A stretch of DNA of 64,000 nucleotides from Lepidodermella squamata (Eukaryota; Animalia; Gastrotricha). The position numbers were made by a program, and so were the translations under genes. Of this stretch, positions 1-12,137 are shown piece after piece. The notes beneath the pieces were generated by a model, which was not told the DNA's origin, ran no database searches, and was given only the letters and a program-made list of their open reading frames with translations. The stretch is from assembly GCA_047495785.1 (NCBI GenBank), contig JBLDXI010000010.1, positions 2,666,001-2,730,000 of the forward strand. Direction: 5' to 3'. The first letter of the stretch is position 1; each line of letters opens with the position of its first letter.

Positions 1-450
1 CCAGTCGCCGGACAGCCGTTGACGGTCGCCGAGTCGCCGCGCCAGCCGCCGCAAGCACCGCAGTACTCGCCTGTCGTGGCGCCACTCGCGCAACGCGCCA
101 CGTTCTGGGCCCCGGCCCCGGCGCCGGCCGTCTCCTGGTTCCAGCCGCAGCAGCCTGTCCTCATGCAGCAACAACCCGTGCAGCAGCAGCAACAACAACA
201 GCCGTTCAACTTTGGTGGGCTGCCTCAGATGCAGGGCTTCCCCGGCTTCCAGATGAACAGTCTCCCGGGCCTTCAATCAGGTGAGTATTCGCGCCGTGCG
301 CTGAAGCCGTTTTTGGCTGTTTGATGTCTAGTTTCGCCAGGCTTTCTAGGTCGGCTGTTCGGTGGCAACAACAACAATAACGCAGTCCGCAGCCCGTCGA
401 TGAATAACTGGTTCCAACAGCCGGCCGTCCGACCACTCGCTTTCCAGTGA
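1..450 (+). CDS. 3' part of a Pro/Gln-rich low-complexity protein (5'-truncated by window); exons <1-280 and 341-450
   Basis: Frame 1 is open from the window start. Donor CAG|GTGAGT at 281 and acceptor TTTCGCCAG at 340 define a phase-1 intron. The last exon reads GFLGRLFGGNNNNNAVRSPSMNNWFQQPAVRPLAFQ-stop (TGA 448-450). Confidence 0.7.
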
Positions 451-2844
451 AATAACGATGATGACACGTGTTGTCCCTGCTGCTGGTGAAATGCCGTGTG
501 CCGTGCGCTCCCTCTGTCTCTCTCTCTCGTCTTTGCATATATTAATAAACACTTAAATCGTATTAATATTTTCATATTATAATATTATAATACGTGAAAT
601 TTGCGTTGTGTTGAAACATACCAAAGCGTACGATGATGCGATACAATTATTATTATGATTATTGTTGTTGTTGTTGTTATTTTCTACTGCGCAAAAACGT
701 CACTATTATTGCTCTAAAATACCTTTTACGTATCAGTATAATGTTGATACTGCTATTTTAAACGCCGTTTATTTTTAATAATCTTATCATCAAGTAGCTT
801 TATACGTTGATGAACAAAGTGAATAAATGTTGTGTTTTGCTGCAAGACAATACTATGACAGCTCCATTTTTGCATTACCATCAAAACCAATACCTATAAG
901 TCGAATGGTAACGTGTCTGAAAAGGTGTAGTAGCTGAAAGTGTGATAGAAAATTCAAAATAATATGCCAATCAAAGTTTTGTTTGACCTTATACCTAAAA
1001 AGCACAAATGTGCGCAAAGTGCCGCAACTTCGTAGCTTCACTACTATACTTAGTACATAGTATACACGTCGTATCGTATAAGGCAATCCCCCCAATTGCC
1101 GATAGAGATATCTCAACGAGCAATCCGAAAGCTGCTTTTTGCCTGTTGTTTTCATCAGCCTTCAGGTTATTGAATTTAATAATCTATCACATATTAAAGA
1201 GCCCGAATAGCCCTATCGATTGGTCTGCTGATTGATTAATAACGAGTTTAAATGGACCGAAAAGGCCAGAAGACTGTTACAGTGAAAAGTCAGTCGTATT
1301 GCGCACCGCAAGTGGGAACTGTCGAACAATAACTCATAACGAATGCATGAAGTAGCTTGGAGTTTTCAGTTGGCTGCTCTGAACCTATATGGATCGACCT
1401 TTGGAAAATTGATTAATTAACTGGAGAGAAAAACTTCAACTACTGATGCTAGATATCGAACTTGAACAATGTTCGTACCTGCACCTGATAGGCATTTTAT
1501 TGCGCACAGCAATTAAAATAGGTACTATTGAAGCTCTGCTGGACCTTTCAGGTTTCGGTGCAAATTGTAGAGCTTGAAACGCGGAACGCTGAATAATGAC
1601 CGTTTTGAATTTATTGTTTCGCCCTCTCCATCGCAAAACACAACGAGATTTGTCTTCAGCTAAAATGCGTTTAATGGGTAGTTCAGCCATTTATTATTGT
1701 TCATAGAGGAACACGGAATTGATTCAGCAGCGGAATAATAGCCGTCGAGGGTCATTCCACAAGTTTTTTTCGCGTGCGGTGAAACCGGCACACGCAACTG
1801 CGCGACTCTTGTTCAAAGAAGTGCGCTATCAATAATAATAATAATAATAATCGAAATCACAGGCGCTTTTACGATTATTTATAGACAAGTGCACATGTCC
1901 CTGCGATGAATTATACTAGCATATGGCTGAAACTAGCTCAGTATAAGGAGGTGCGATTCGTTTAAGCGATTCCGATGACGGCGGCGACGGCGGCGGCGGT
2001 GGCGGCGGCTATCCTAATACTTGTGTTGAAAAACGCGCTTTCTAGGCGCGCTCATAGACCCCACACGGGCGTTTATAGCTTGCGCGCATTCACAGTTGGA
2101 GCAGCATTTTTTGAAAGCAGGGCGTCGTTGCGTTCATAATTAAAGAGAATTAACGGCGATATTATTTATCCCTATATATATAGCCAAGTATACGCAGTCG
2201 TCAATATGCTTGTTGATTTATAGCCGGACAATCAATTGAGAAAAACCAGAATGTCTTCTTTTTAATACCTCCTGCTACTTCTCGCGCGTATTATGAAGGC
2301 GCAATAAAAAGAGTCTAGCCGGCATAATTGATGATGACCCACCCACCCACCCACCAACACCACCCAACCTACCTACCTGTACGGCATCGAGTAGGCAACG
2401 GCGACCGCAGCCGATGCCAGCGGCCACCTGCTGCCATCTTTGCGGTTGCGGCTGCCGATGTTGTTGTTGACATCGACGAGCGAGCGAGCGAGCGCGCGCG
2501 CGTCGCGTTAAACGCGGCCACCGTCGCAACCGCCGCTTTTTTGTCACCAGTCTTGCTTCATATATATATATATATTGTTGGAACACATCATAGGTATGTA
2601 GCACGCAGGCAGGCAGGCAGGCTGGTAGGCACGCACCCGGCGAAAAGTTCTCGCGCAGGCGCCGATAAAAACACATCAAGACGACGGCGCGTAAACACAC
2701 CTGATATTACCGCTTTTTATTCCACCACCGCCGCCGCGATGTTCTTTCCGCATTTTTGTATTATAATATTGTAGACGATATACATATACAGTTGAGTACA
2801 GTTGTGTTTCAAGACTTCTGCCAGCCAGCCAGCCAGTCAGTGAG

Positions 2845-4510
2845 ATGCCGCCTTGGCTGTCACTGCCGCTGCTGCTGATGCTGACGACGCCCGTCGCTGC
2901 CTTCCTTCCAGGGTTCGCCGCTTTCAACGGCAACAGCCTATTCGGCGGATTCGGCAACTCGTTTTTCCCGCAATTAGGTTCCTTCCCAAGCATGTCGTCG
3001 TCATCCAGCCTCTACAACAAACCACCACCACCACCAGCCGCAGCTGCCCCGACAGTATGGCCGGCCTACCAACAGCCACAACAACAGCAACAACAGGTGA
3101 TAACTTTGAAGCCGGTTGTCGAAAATAAGTGGCCGTCCAAGTACGAGCGGGAGGCCGACTGGTACCTGCAACCGAAAGCGCCCACCCCGGAACCGCAGCC
3201 GCAACCGCTGTTCTACGCGCCTTCGCCGTCGAACTTCATGTTCGGCTCGTCGCCATACATGCGTGGCCAGAACGACCTGTTCTGGTCGCCGCAGCCAGCA
3301 GCCTACAGCAGCTACCAGCAACCACCACCATCGCCGCAATCACAGCTGCAGCAATACCGGCAACCAGTAGCATCTGTTCGCCAACAACAGCCCGTTGAGA
3401 CCAAGCCGATTCAGTCGTCCCTGCCTTTCCTACGCCCGCCCACCGTCGAAGTCTCATCATCAGACAATTATTACGCGCCGCAGGCTGTCGATTCTACTGC
3501 TTCTTCTTCATCCGACGCATCACCTGCTCCGGTTTATCGCCTCGTCGACAACTACAGCAACAGCAACATGCCCCGGTCGTCTTCATCTTACGGCGGCGGC
3601 GGCGGCGGCGGCTTGGGCATGTTCGGCATGTCGTCGTCGCCTTTCGATTTCGGCTCATCACGTGAGTTCAGCTTATTATTTTCATTCACGTATTGTAAAT
3701 ATGCTACTACAATAATTAGCAACATGCTTTGACGACACAGATCAATTATAGAAAAGTAGATTAAGCACCGTGCATAAGCTGGTTCTTTCATTCGTTCGGT
3801 CGTTTTCTAGTTTAGTAGAGCTCGTTTCAAGCTCTATTTCCGAAATTAAATCGCTTCGCGCATCTTCAATTTCACTGGTGCCGTTTTCGCAACAATTGTT
3901 ATAATCAATATTTGACCTAGAGATAAATTCGAACTCGGAATTTCAGGATAAAACGCGATTTTCATAAAGCTTGGCCAATTCCAACTAATATTCTTGCGAA
4001 AAAGGTTTCGAAGCTGGGAATTTAGGTATTCATGGGGAGCAGAAATGACGTCGAAAATTTGCATGGATCAAATAGAGACATATGTTATATTCTTCACCAT
4101 TGTATTCCTTCATGTTATTGAAACTATATTAGCACACGAGACATTACAGCGACCAATTTCACACTTATTTTAGTTGTCGATATAAGGAGCATCTCTTAAA
4201 GAAGACAAGTAAACTTGATTTTTTTCAATAGAACACGTTCTCGACTACCTATCATCGTGTATTGGGTTCTGTCTTCTCAGTCTCAGCAGCAGCCTATTCA
4301 ATTTTAGACATTTCATCGTTTATCTAAATTACTTACTTCGTAATAGGGTCATAGGGTGGTGGTTTCATATTATAGTCGCAATATGTATAACTTTTGTATA
4401 GTATTTTTTGGTAACTTGTATCTTGTGTATTTTGTGCAGGCGGGTTTGGAGGTGGGCTGTTTGAACCTCGCAGCAATTTCCTGTTCGGTGGCTGGAATCG
4501 ACGCAAATAG
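2845..4510 (+). CDS. Predicted secreted Pro/Gln/Ser/Tyr-rich low-complexity protein, ~295 aa; exons 2845-3661 and 4440-4510
   Basis: Hydrophobic N-terminus MPPWLSLPLLLMLTTPVAA resembles a signal peptide. Donor GTGAGT at 3662 and acceptor TTTGTGCAG at 4439 (phase 1). The last exon reads RGFGGGLFEPRSNFLFGGWNRRK-stop. Confidence 0.7.
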
Positions 4511-5464
4511 GAGTAGGAGCAGGAGGTGTCAATGCGCAACCTGTCGAACCTTCTCGAACCTATATGATGTCGGTGTGCGTCGAGTGTGTGTGTCCCTCCT
4601 TCCTCTGCTCTCTCTCTCTCTCTCTCAGGACTGTCGCGGTAAAACCAAAAACTGTGCCATCGCATGATTTTCTGCCACGGCGTGCCATCAGCACAAGCGT
4701 AGGTAGCTGTTGCCGAAAATAGTGATGATCGCAGAATAATCGCTCATAGCAGGCATCATAATCATCAACATCAGCTTGTTCATATTTTTGTACTCTCGCT
4801 ATGTGTTTTTGTACCATAGATTATTATAAAAGTATACGCAACGATCATTTTAGCCCATTGTAACAGTATACCTACTACCTATATTGCATACTTCAATTTG
4901 TGTTTTTGCTCCAAAATTTGTGTTATCGGTATTGATTGTATTGATATTATTATTATTATTATTGGCCTGCTTAAAAAGTAAAGCCTTGCTTCAGTTTATA
5001 CCCGGAAATATTTTTTCAATCGTACGCAGGTCGAAAACCACCAGCGGCGTAGGCAAAATCGGTCATGTAAGCTTTTATTCTATATGCAAACGACCAACTG
5101 AAATCAGTTTACTGTTTGTCCACCTTTGGCGTTTATGAAGTGATGAAAAGGACGTGCCTATAACCTGTGCGATCTCTATTTCAAAATCAACAAAGTCCAC
5201 AACATATTTTTGGAGTCCCGTGGGTAACTGAGCTTCTAACTTCTCCTAACCGAAAACCTTGGCATGTTCTTCGGTTAGGATGTTCGGTTAGAAAACCTTG
5301 GCTTCAAGGCAGGAAAGAAAGAAGAAGAAGAGTCAGGTAGAAAAGCGTTCATTTGTTTTATTATTGCCACTCGGGCGATAATGGCATGTAACAAGTAAAT
5401 AAAAACAACAAAAAGACGAGTACGAGTCGGTGAGAAAGTTAGATCGCCATCATCATCATGATCA

Positions 5465-6351
5465 TCAGGTTGAGCTCTGGCGGTACTCGGACGTGTCGAG
5501 GATTTTCTTGCCGCACATGGCGCAGATTCCTTTTTTGTACGCGCAGCCGTGGCAGTAGAACGAGCCCGGCTGGTGGATGGCGGAACCGCAGACGCGGCAC
5601 TTCTGGAACGACGCCGACGCCGCGCGGCCGCCGCCCGACGACGACGAGGCGCCGCTGCCGCTGCCGTACGGTGTCCACCGCGCCGCCTTCGACAGCGCCT
5701 TGTTCTCGCCGATCTTCTTGCCGCCCGACTCGACCGTGTTGCGCGCGCCCGCCTTCCACACGTCAGACGTCACAACCTGCACGGTGTGGACAACAAATAC
5801 CCACAAATTATAGGTACAATTACAACATCATTTTTTAAACAAGGATCTTTAATGCAAGATGTGCAAAATCTTATCGCATACACTGTAACAAAATGCTGGC
5901 TTTTTAGACCGTCTTTTTAGACTGGCTCGATCTCAAAAATCCGCCAAATGAGTGAATTAATATAAGCAGATTTTGAGAAGTGGGATTTTTAACCTTAGCG
6001 ATTTATGAACGCAGGAGCTTGATGCTGATGCATTTTGATTAAAAAACAATCTAGGAGCTTTTTAAACCCTGAATTATTTAACAGTCTAATTAACCTCGGG
6101 CGAATTATTTTTCTGGATTAATTTTTCTGGGACGGGCCTTATTAGCTTAATTTCGACTGTATGCGAGGGTTCTCAAAAGCCGCTAAAAACCGGGATTTTT
6201 TTTACAGTGTAGTATACGCACTGATTTATGATTAATCGATTTCTGAAATATCAAGCTCTTGAATTTAGAAATTACGCAAGAGAATGGGATCTTGGCAGTG
6301 GGACAAATGGCTTACCTTGCCGAGCTTCTTCTGACATTTGTCGCAAACCAT
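5465..6351 (-). CDS. CRIPT: Cysteine-rich PDZ-binding protein CRIPT; exons 6351-6316 and 5776-5465
   Basis: Spliced product MVCDKCQKKLGK|VVTSDVWKAGARNTVESGGKKIGENKAL...CRVC...HQPGSFYCHGCAYKKGICAMCGKKILDT matches the CRIPT family CxxC pattern. Donor GTAAGC, acceptor GCAG. Confidence 0.95.
5881..6209. mobile_element. 329-bp non-autonomous DNA transposon (MITE) inside the CRIPT intron
   Basis: Imperfect ~40-bp terminal inverted repeats: CACTGTAACAAAATGCTGGCTTTTTAG on the left, CACTGTAAAAAAAATCCCGGTTTTTAG as reverse complement on the right. TA flanks both sides; no coding capacity. Confidence 0.65.
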
Positions 6352-6909
6352 CCGAGTTCAGTATTGTTTCTCTCAATAAAAAATTGCCTACATTTTACAA
6401 AAAAAGAACGCGTTATTTAAGATTGAAATCGTTGCGCCATTTTCGCTGAATGAATTACTAATTTTGCCGTTAATTTTGGCATCGGTTGAAACGGCGATTT
6501 TAATGCTTGGAACAGGTTTTACCCAGCAATTTCATCGAATTCAAAAGACGCTCGAACTCAGCACAAATGCAATTTTTATTCCAACATTCTGTTTTTTTCT
6601 CATTTCGCAGTACAAGTAACAATCGAACGATGTGTAATGATGATGCGCTGATGATGAAAGTGTGAAGGGGACCAACCTCGCAGTTGTTGACATATCATAA
6701 AATTTACAATAACGGCGCCGGCGGATGTTTTAGTAGTAGAGCAGGGTCCTACTGGCTGTAAAAGAACGAGAACTAGTTTCGCAAACCAGTTCAAGAATAT
6801 AAGTATCATCATCATTACGAATATCGAGTGACGGTTCTATTATCATTTATTATTATAATTATATAGGTTTTATTTTATGTTTACTACTTTTTTAGTATAG
6901 AGCTATAGG

Positions 6910-9442
6910 CTACATGGCGTGAAGTTGTTCACGTCGAATGTACCGCTTCAACTCGGGTTCAGTTGCCTGCTGCTGTGATTTGCCGTGTTTCGCGTGGTAG
7001 TCGGCGAATCGCTGCTCGAGCTGCGGACGGAAGTGGCGGATGAGGCCCTGCATGGGCCACACGGCGCCGTCCGCCAGCGCACAGATCGTATGGCCCTCCA
7101 TCTGCTTCGTCAGCTCCCACAGCATGTCGATCTCGGCCGGCTGCGCGTTGCCCTCGACGAAGCGGTGCATGATTTTGGAGGTCCAGGCGAGGCCTTCGCG
7201 GCACGGCGTGCACTGCCCGCACGACTCGTGCTTGTAGAAATCCGTCAGCCGCGCGATGCACCGCACCAGGTCCGCGTTCTTGTTCATCACAATCAACGCC
7301 GCCGTGCCCAGCCCAGATGTCACCTGATGTTGTCACAAATCATAATATCATCAATTCATCATCAACTACTACTAGTCAAGTTCTGCAAAATGTTACCGAT
7401 TTTTTGTAACAATTTTACTGCTCAAATCCTGGTTGTTGTTTTCTACCTTGGTAAATCTTTGCTCAATGATGTTCAAGAAAAGCTAGCTAAGAACAAGAAG
7501 CCCGAAAAGAGGCCTAAAGACCTCATAGTTCGATTTCGATAATCGATGGGTTGTTAATCCTTAATGTTTAATCCTACGATTTGATCGCTGAAATTCATTC
7601 ACCCGAGATCCGACATACTAAATGTCCCAGCGAAACATCCGAGCTTAGGGCTATGGTTGTTAATTCCTTTTTTTGCCGTCCCCAATTTGACAAACAAATA
7701 ATCAAGAAATTGACAGCAAGGCTAAATCTATCTATCAAAAATGTCTAAAAATCGTTTCAAGTGAAAACCTGTCATGTTCAAGCCAAGGCAAGTCCTGTTT
7801 ATAAAACGAATGTATGTATGTGTGTACCTGTACGAGGGCGTCAAAGTCCATGAGCACAGTGTCGCAGATGCTTTTCGGCAGCATGGGCGTCGAGGAGCCG
7901 CCCGGGATGACGGCGGCGAGGTTGTCCCAGCCGCCGATGACGCCGCCGGCGTGGCGCTCGATGAGCTCGCGCAGCGGAATCGACATCTCCTCCTCGACCG
8001 TGCACGGCGTGTTCACGTGCCCGCTGATGTTGAACAGCTTCGTGCCCGAGTTGCGCTCGCGCCCGAACCCCACGAACCAGTCGCCGCCGCGCCGGCAAAT
8101 CGTCGGCGCCACCGCCACCGTCTCCACGTTGTTCACCGTCGTCGGGCAACCGAACACGCCCACGTCGGCCGGGAACGGCGGCTTCAACCGCGGCTTGCCC
8201 TAAACACAATCAAAAATATACCAATTATATGTCAGCTCAATTCGAATGAATCAACAAGTGAAATCAAACCACATGCATTTTCTTCTCATTTCATCGATTT
8301 TGAGAAAAGGATAGGTACCTCGCAGTACCTCGATGTAAAAGATCAGAAATTTGTTTCATATATCAGAGTGAAAAAAATCCGACGAGGTGACTTTTTTTCA
8401 TCAACAGTTGGCGATCTCTCAGATGTTCTTCGGCTTTAAATTTGTGAACCCATCCACTTCATTGATTTCACAATATAAAATTAATATTACTACCTATTTC
8501 CAATCCTTTCATCTACGTATTCCAATCTTTTGAACACAAAACACTGAATTTTGAGTCTCACTATTATTATGCTATATTCGCATCGTTTGATCATGAATGC
8601 TCAATCTAAGATTACTATGAGAAGCAGGGTTTTCTGCCTCTCGTTTCAGTAAAATTCGACTCGGATAACTACTGTAAAAATATACACCTAGTATGTACGA
8701 ATAAGTGCGTACCTGTTTGCCTTCGAGCGACTCGATGAGGGCGGTCTCCTCGCCGCAGACGTAGGCGCCGGCGCCGCGGTGCATGTAGACGTCAAAGTCG
8801 TAGCCGGAGCCGCACGCGTTCTTGCCGATGAGCCCGGCCGCGTACGCCTCCTCGATCGCCACCTGCATGTTCGACGCCTCGTTGTAGAACTCGCCGCGGA
8901 TGTAGATGTACGCCGCGCGCGCGTTCATCGCCCGCCCCGCCACCAAACACCCCTCGATCAGCTTGTGCGGGTCGTGCCGCATGATCTCGCGGTCCTTGCA
9001 CGTGCCCGGCTCGCCCTCGTCCGCGTTCACAACGAGGTACTTCGGCCGCCCATCGTCCGGCTTGTTCATGAACGACCACTTGAGCCCGGTCGGGAAGCCG
9101 GCGCCGCCCCGCCCGCGCAACCCCGACTTCTTCACCTCGCCCTGGATCCACTCGTGGCCCTTCAGCAGAATCTCCTTCGTCTTGTACCAGTCGCCGCGCG
9201 CCATCGCGCCCTTCAGCTTCCAGTCGTGCCGGCCGTACAAGTTCGTGAAAATGCGATCTTCATCCTTCAACGGCCCGAACTTGGTCTGCAATTAAGTTGT
9301 ATCATCAATCAATCAATCATCACCACAGCGCATCATCTAACAAACCAACCTTTTTCGGCTTCTGAGGAGCCGCAGCTGCACCAGCTGCTGCAACTTGTTT
9401 CAGCCCAAGGCCAGTTCCGAAAAACCGACGAGAAATAATCAT
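6910..9442 (-). CDS. NDUFV1: NADH:ubiquinone oxidoreductase 51-kDa flavoprotein subunit; exons 9442-9350, 9285-8713, 8199-7828, 7323-6910 (~483 aa)
   Basis: Motifs [43 protein letters not shown] and [12 protein letters not shown]...GHTICAL. Three phase-0 GT-AG introns. Presequence-like N-terminus MIISRRFFG. An in-frame upstream ATG at 9484 is a possible alternative start. Confidence 0.97.
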
Positions 9443-9559
9443 TCTAAAACAACAACACAACAACGATGTGTACAAATTCTTCATTGTCTTCCCGGTCAAA
9501 GACTGCAGTCTACATTATCATTATGTTAGAGGTACTATGTAACTATACAAACATGACTC

Positions 9560-9949
9560 TTATTTTGATGAATTTTCTTTCTTCGCAGCTAGTTCCATGA
9601 TTTCCTTCTCCTTCTCAGTGCCTCTAATCAACTGGTATTCAGACAGCGCCGCTTGCATCCGCCGAGCTTCATACCGACGCGTGGCGTTATCGTAACGGCA
9701 TGACGCCCATAGCACTAGCGCAAAGGGTATGGGAGTAAATTGACAAATTGTAATAGCGCGACGAGTGTTCGAAGTCGCCATGAAGTAAATGATGCCAGTG
9801 CCGATGCCACCGAGAAGGCCACCCAACAAACTGGAACGCAGGCACGGAATTTCTGCGAGGTTGCGCCCAAATAAATAGAAATCAAGTTTGCTCGAGTCAC
9901 CAGCCGAAGCTGGTTCGGCTGTAACAGAAGAGTCCCCATTTTGCGCCAT
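9560..9949 (-). CDS. COX20: Cytochrome c oxidase assembly protein COX20 (FAM36A-like), 129 aa, intronless
   Basis: IPCLRSSLLGGLLGGIGTGIIYFMATS...WASCRY matches the COX20 pattern: IPC-x-R-S-L, two TM segments, W-x-x-C-R. Confidence 0.88.
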   Translation of the reverse strand: MAQNGDSSVTAEPASAGDSSKLDFYLFGRNLAEIPCLRSSLLGGLLGGIGTGIIYFMATSNTRRAITICQFTPIPFALVLWASCRYDNATRRYEARRMQAALSEYQLIRGTEKEKEIMELAAKKENSSK

Positions 9950-10066
9950 GTTAATATAACTGATCAACTAGGAATTATCAAACAACACTGGTCTAAATTC
10001 TGTAAAGGTCTCGAGGGCGGAACGATTATTTTAATAACAGCAGGAATATAACACGTTTTTTCAATG

Positions 10067-10240
10067 TTAATGGTGATCGTTCTTCTTAACCAGGCTGGGA
10101 TACTTCTTCTGAACTTCCTCAATCACCATCAGATGTCGCTTTGGGTTGATTACGGGATCGATCTCCGAAAAGTAGGCGAAAAGACCGAGTCCAGCCAGAA
10201 CTGTTGATGGGATCCAAAGAGGAACACGAGGATACAACAT
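10067..10240 (-). CDS. 57-aa single-pass membrane microprotein, possibly UQCR11/Qcr10-like
   Basis: ATG in AAAATG context. MLYPRVPLWIPSTVLAGLGLFAYFSEIDPVINPK has one hydrophobic segment. The ORF is more GC-rich than its flanks and ATTAAA follows at 10035-10030. The family assignment rests on weak resemblance only. Confidence 0.55.
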   Translation of the reverse strand: MLYPRVPLWIPSTVLAGLGLFAYFSEIDPVINPKRHLMVIEEVQKKYPSLVKKNDHH

Positions 10241-11449
10241 TTTGTATTTTGTCAATTAAAATTATCACCTATCACCAAAATTAATATTTTTAATATAAAA
10301 TTTAATATCAATTCAAATAATATAGATGACAGTTTTTATCCTAGGAGCCTTTAGATCGTTCGCTAAGAACAAACACTGTGCAGAGAAAGATACTCGGGAT
10401 TTGGGATAAAGGAAGTCTGTGTCAGCGATGACACAGCGGTGACGTGTTACGTAGTCAGAGAGCGAACTTGGGGCGAAAAATGCCGATTTTAAGAAGATCA
10501 AACTTAACAACTCTAAGTGTATTGAGTCCCGTGCAGACTAGCTGGTGCGAAAGTTTCCCGCGAACGAAGCGTACTTCGTGACGCTATTCATCGGTATATT
10601 CCGCCACTAGTAGCCCGAAAATGCTTCACAATTCGCGTTACGACTAAAATTATTTTGAGGGCATAATATGCGAGAGATACATCGCCCTCCTCACCACCTG
10701 CTTCGAATGAATGAGACGTCGCCTCCACCGCAATTTAAAGACCATACAACAACCACATTCATCATTGAGGTTTGAGGCGATCTGAGATACACAAGGATGC
10801 TATCGTCTAGAAACACTAAACACTCATCAATAATTCAGAGAAACTTCATGAACTTATCGTGAGCGAGGTTTACTTGACGGAGTATTTTCTCGGATTTTCA
10901 ACAGAAAACTGCCTGAAAAAAGCTTCAGGTCGAAATTTCAACCTGGTACTGTCAAAGGGGCAAGTTTTTCTATGCCAGAGGGACAGCCTCTACCTTCCAT
11001 AGCGCCACCACTTCGCTGTCTTGAAAGAAGATGAGTTTGTTGTCTTGGTTTGTCAGGCCAAAAAGTACGGTCGGATCGGAGGTCCCTTCACATAACGACC
11101 CAAGAACGACTGTTGCATCAAATTCCGAAAATAAAATTCAAGAAGGTGGTATTTTTGTTCAACTTAACTAAATCTGTCCGAATTCAAATTTAGTATTGTA
11201 AATATGTTGAATAATTTTTGAAGTTGCGCCGCGTTTTTCGTCTTCAGATTTTTGGGTTCTTTCTCATCTCCTCTCGGAATATTGGCAGCCGGTTCGAGCT
11301 CTAAGCCGGGATTTAACCCCACGTGGGCGCCCACAATGGAGGATAGATCCAAAAATGAACACGACTTTTTGATGAGTCAATTTGAGTTGGCAAGCGAATG
11401 TCTTTTGAACCCTCGACTCCATATTTCACACGACAGTTTTTGTCACATA

Positions 11450-11923
11450 CAGTGAAAGTTGTCTAAACCGGAATAATAAGGTCGCGCCAGGCAAAATCGT
11501 CCGGTTTAGAGAAAGTCCGAATTATTTTAAACCGGACTGAGTCCCGTAAAGGAAATACCACGTGAAATTCATGGAATTTTCAAGTTTTACAAGCTAAGTA
11601 ATAGTTTTTGAGTACGGAATCGACAATTTTAATATAAATAATCAACATATTCAGCTATATTCGCAATAATTTGGAAGTCTAATTTGTTTCGAAATTTTGA
11701 GGCTACTCTTGTCAGGCAGGGGCTGGCACTTTCTTCAAAATTATATAGAAAATTGGACTTTTTATTGCATAAACCGGACTTCGAGCCCCAAATCCGTCCG
11801 GTTTATACACCAGTCCGGTTTAGAGAGTCCGGTTTAGACAATAAAATTATAAGTCCACACTTTCGGATCGAGCCACCCGAAATCGTCCGGTTTAGACCGG
11901 TCCGGTTCAAACAACTTTCACTG
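11450..11923. mobile_element. 474-bp MITE of Tc1/mariner-pogo type
   Basis: 23-bp TIRs CAGTGAAAGTTGTCTAAACCGGA and CAGTGAAAGTTGTTTGAACCGGA (21/23 identical). TA on both flanks. Several internal TCCGGTTTA/TAAACCGGA subterminal motifs. Confidence 0.85.
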
Positions 11924-12137
11924 TAGTTGAGCTTGAGCTCCCCGTTATCTTGGGTCATATTTGGACCTTTTGGTGTGGGGATGTTGTATGTTTTCGAGGC
12001 AAGTGGCTTATCTTTGTTGATTAAAATACATATGTTGCAAGATTAGCATATAGGATGATGGTTTTAATTGCTATACTCATCAACTTTCAATTGCTTCGGT
12101 TTTATAGGAATTATCATTCCAGTATAGCATTTTATTG

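Noticed and set aside
5245-5302. 10-bp inverted repeat CCTAACCGAA plus direct repeat GAAAACCTTGGC between convergent genes
   Set aside because: Too short to assign; probably a local duplication or transposon remnant.
5465-5480. CRIPT ends in QSST rather than the vertebrate PDZ ligand QTSV
   Set aside because: To my recollection non-vertebrate CRIPT termini vary in this way, so it is probably not novel; not verified.
6985-9438. Long antisense ORFs over NDUFV1 (likewise over VPS52, PNO1 and HSP90)
   Set aside because: Shadow ORFs expected from GC-rich, codon-biased exons; no recognisable protein features.
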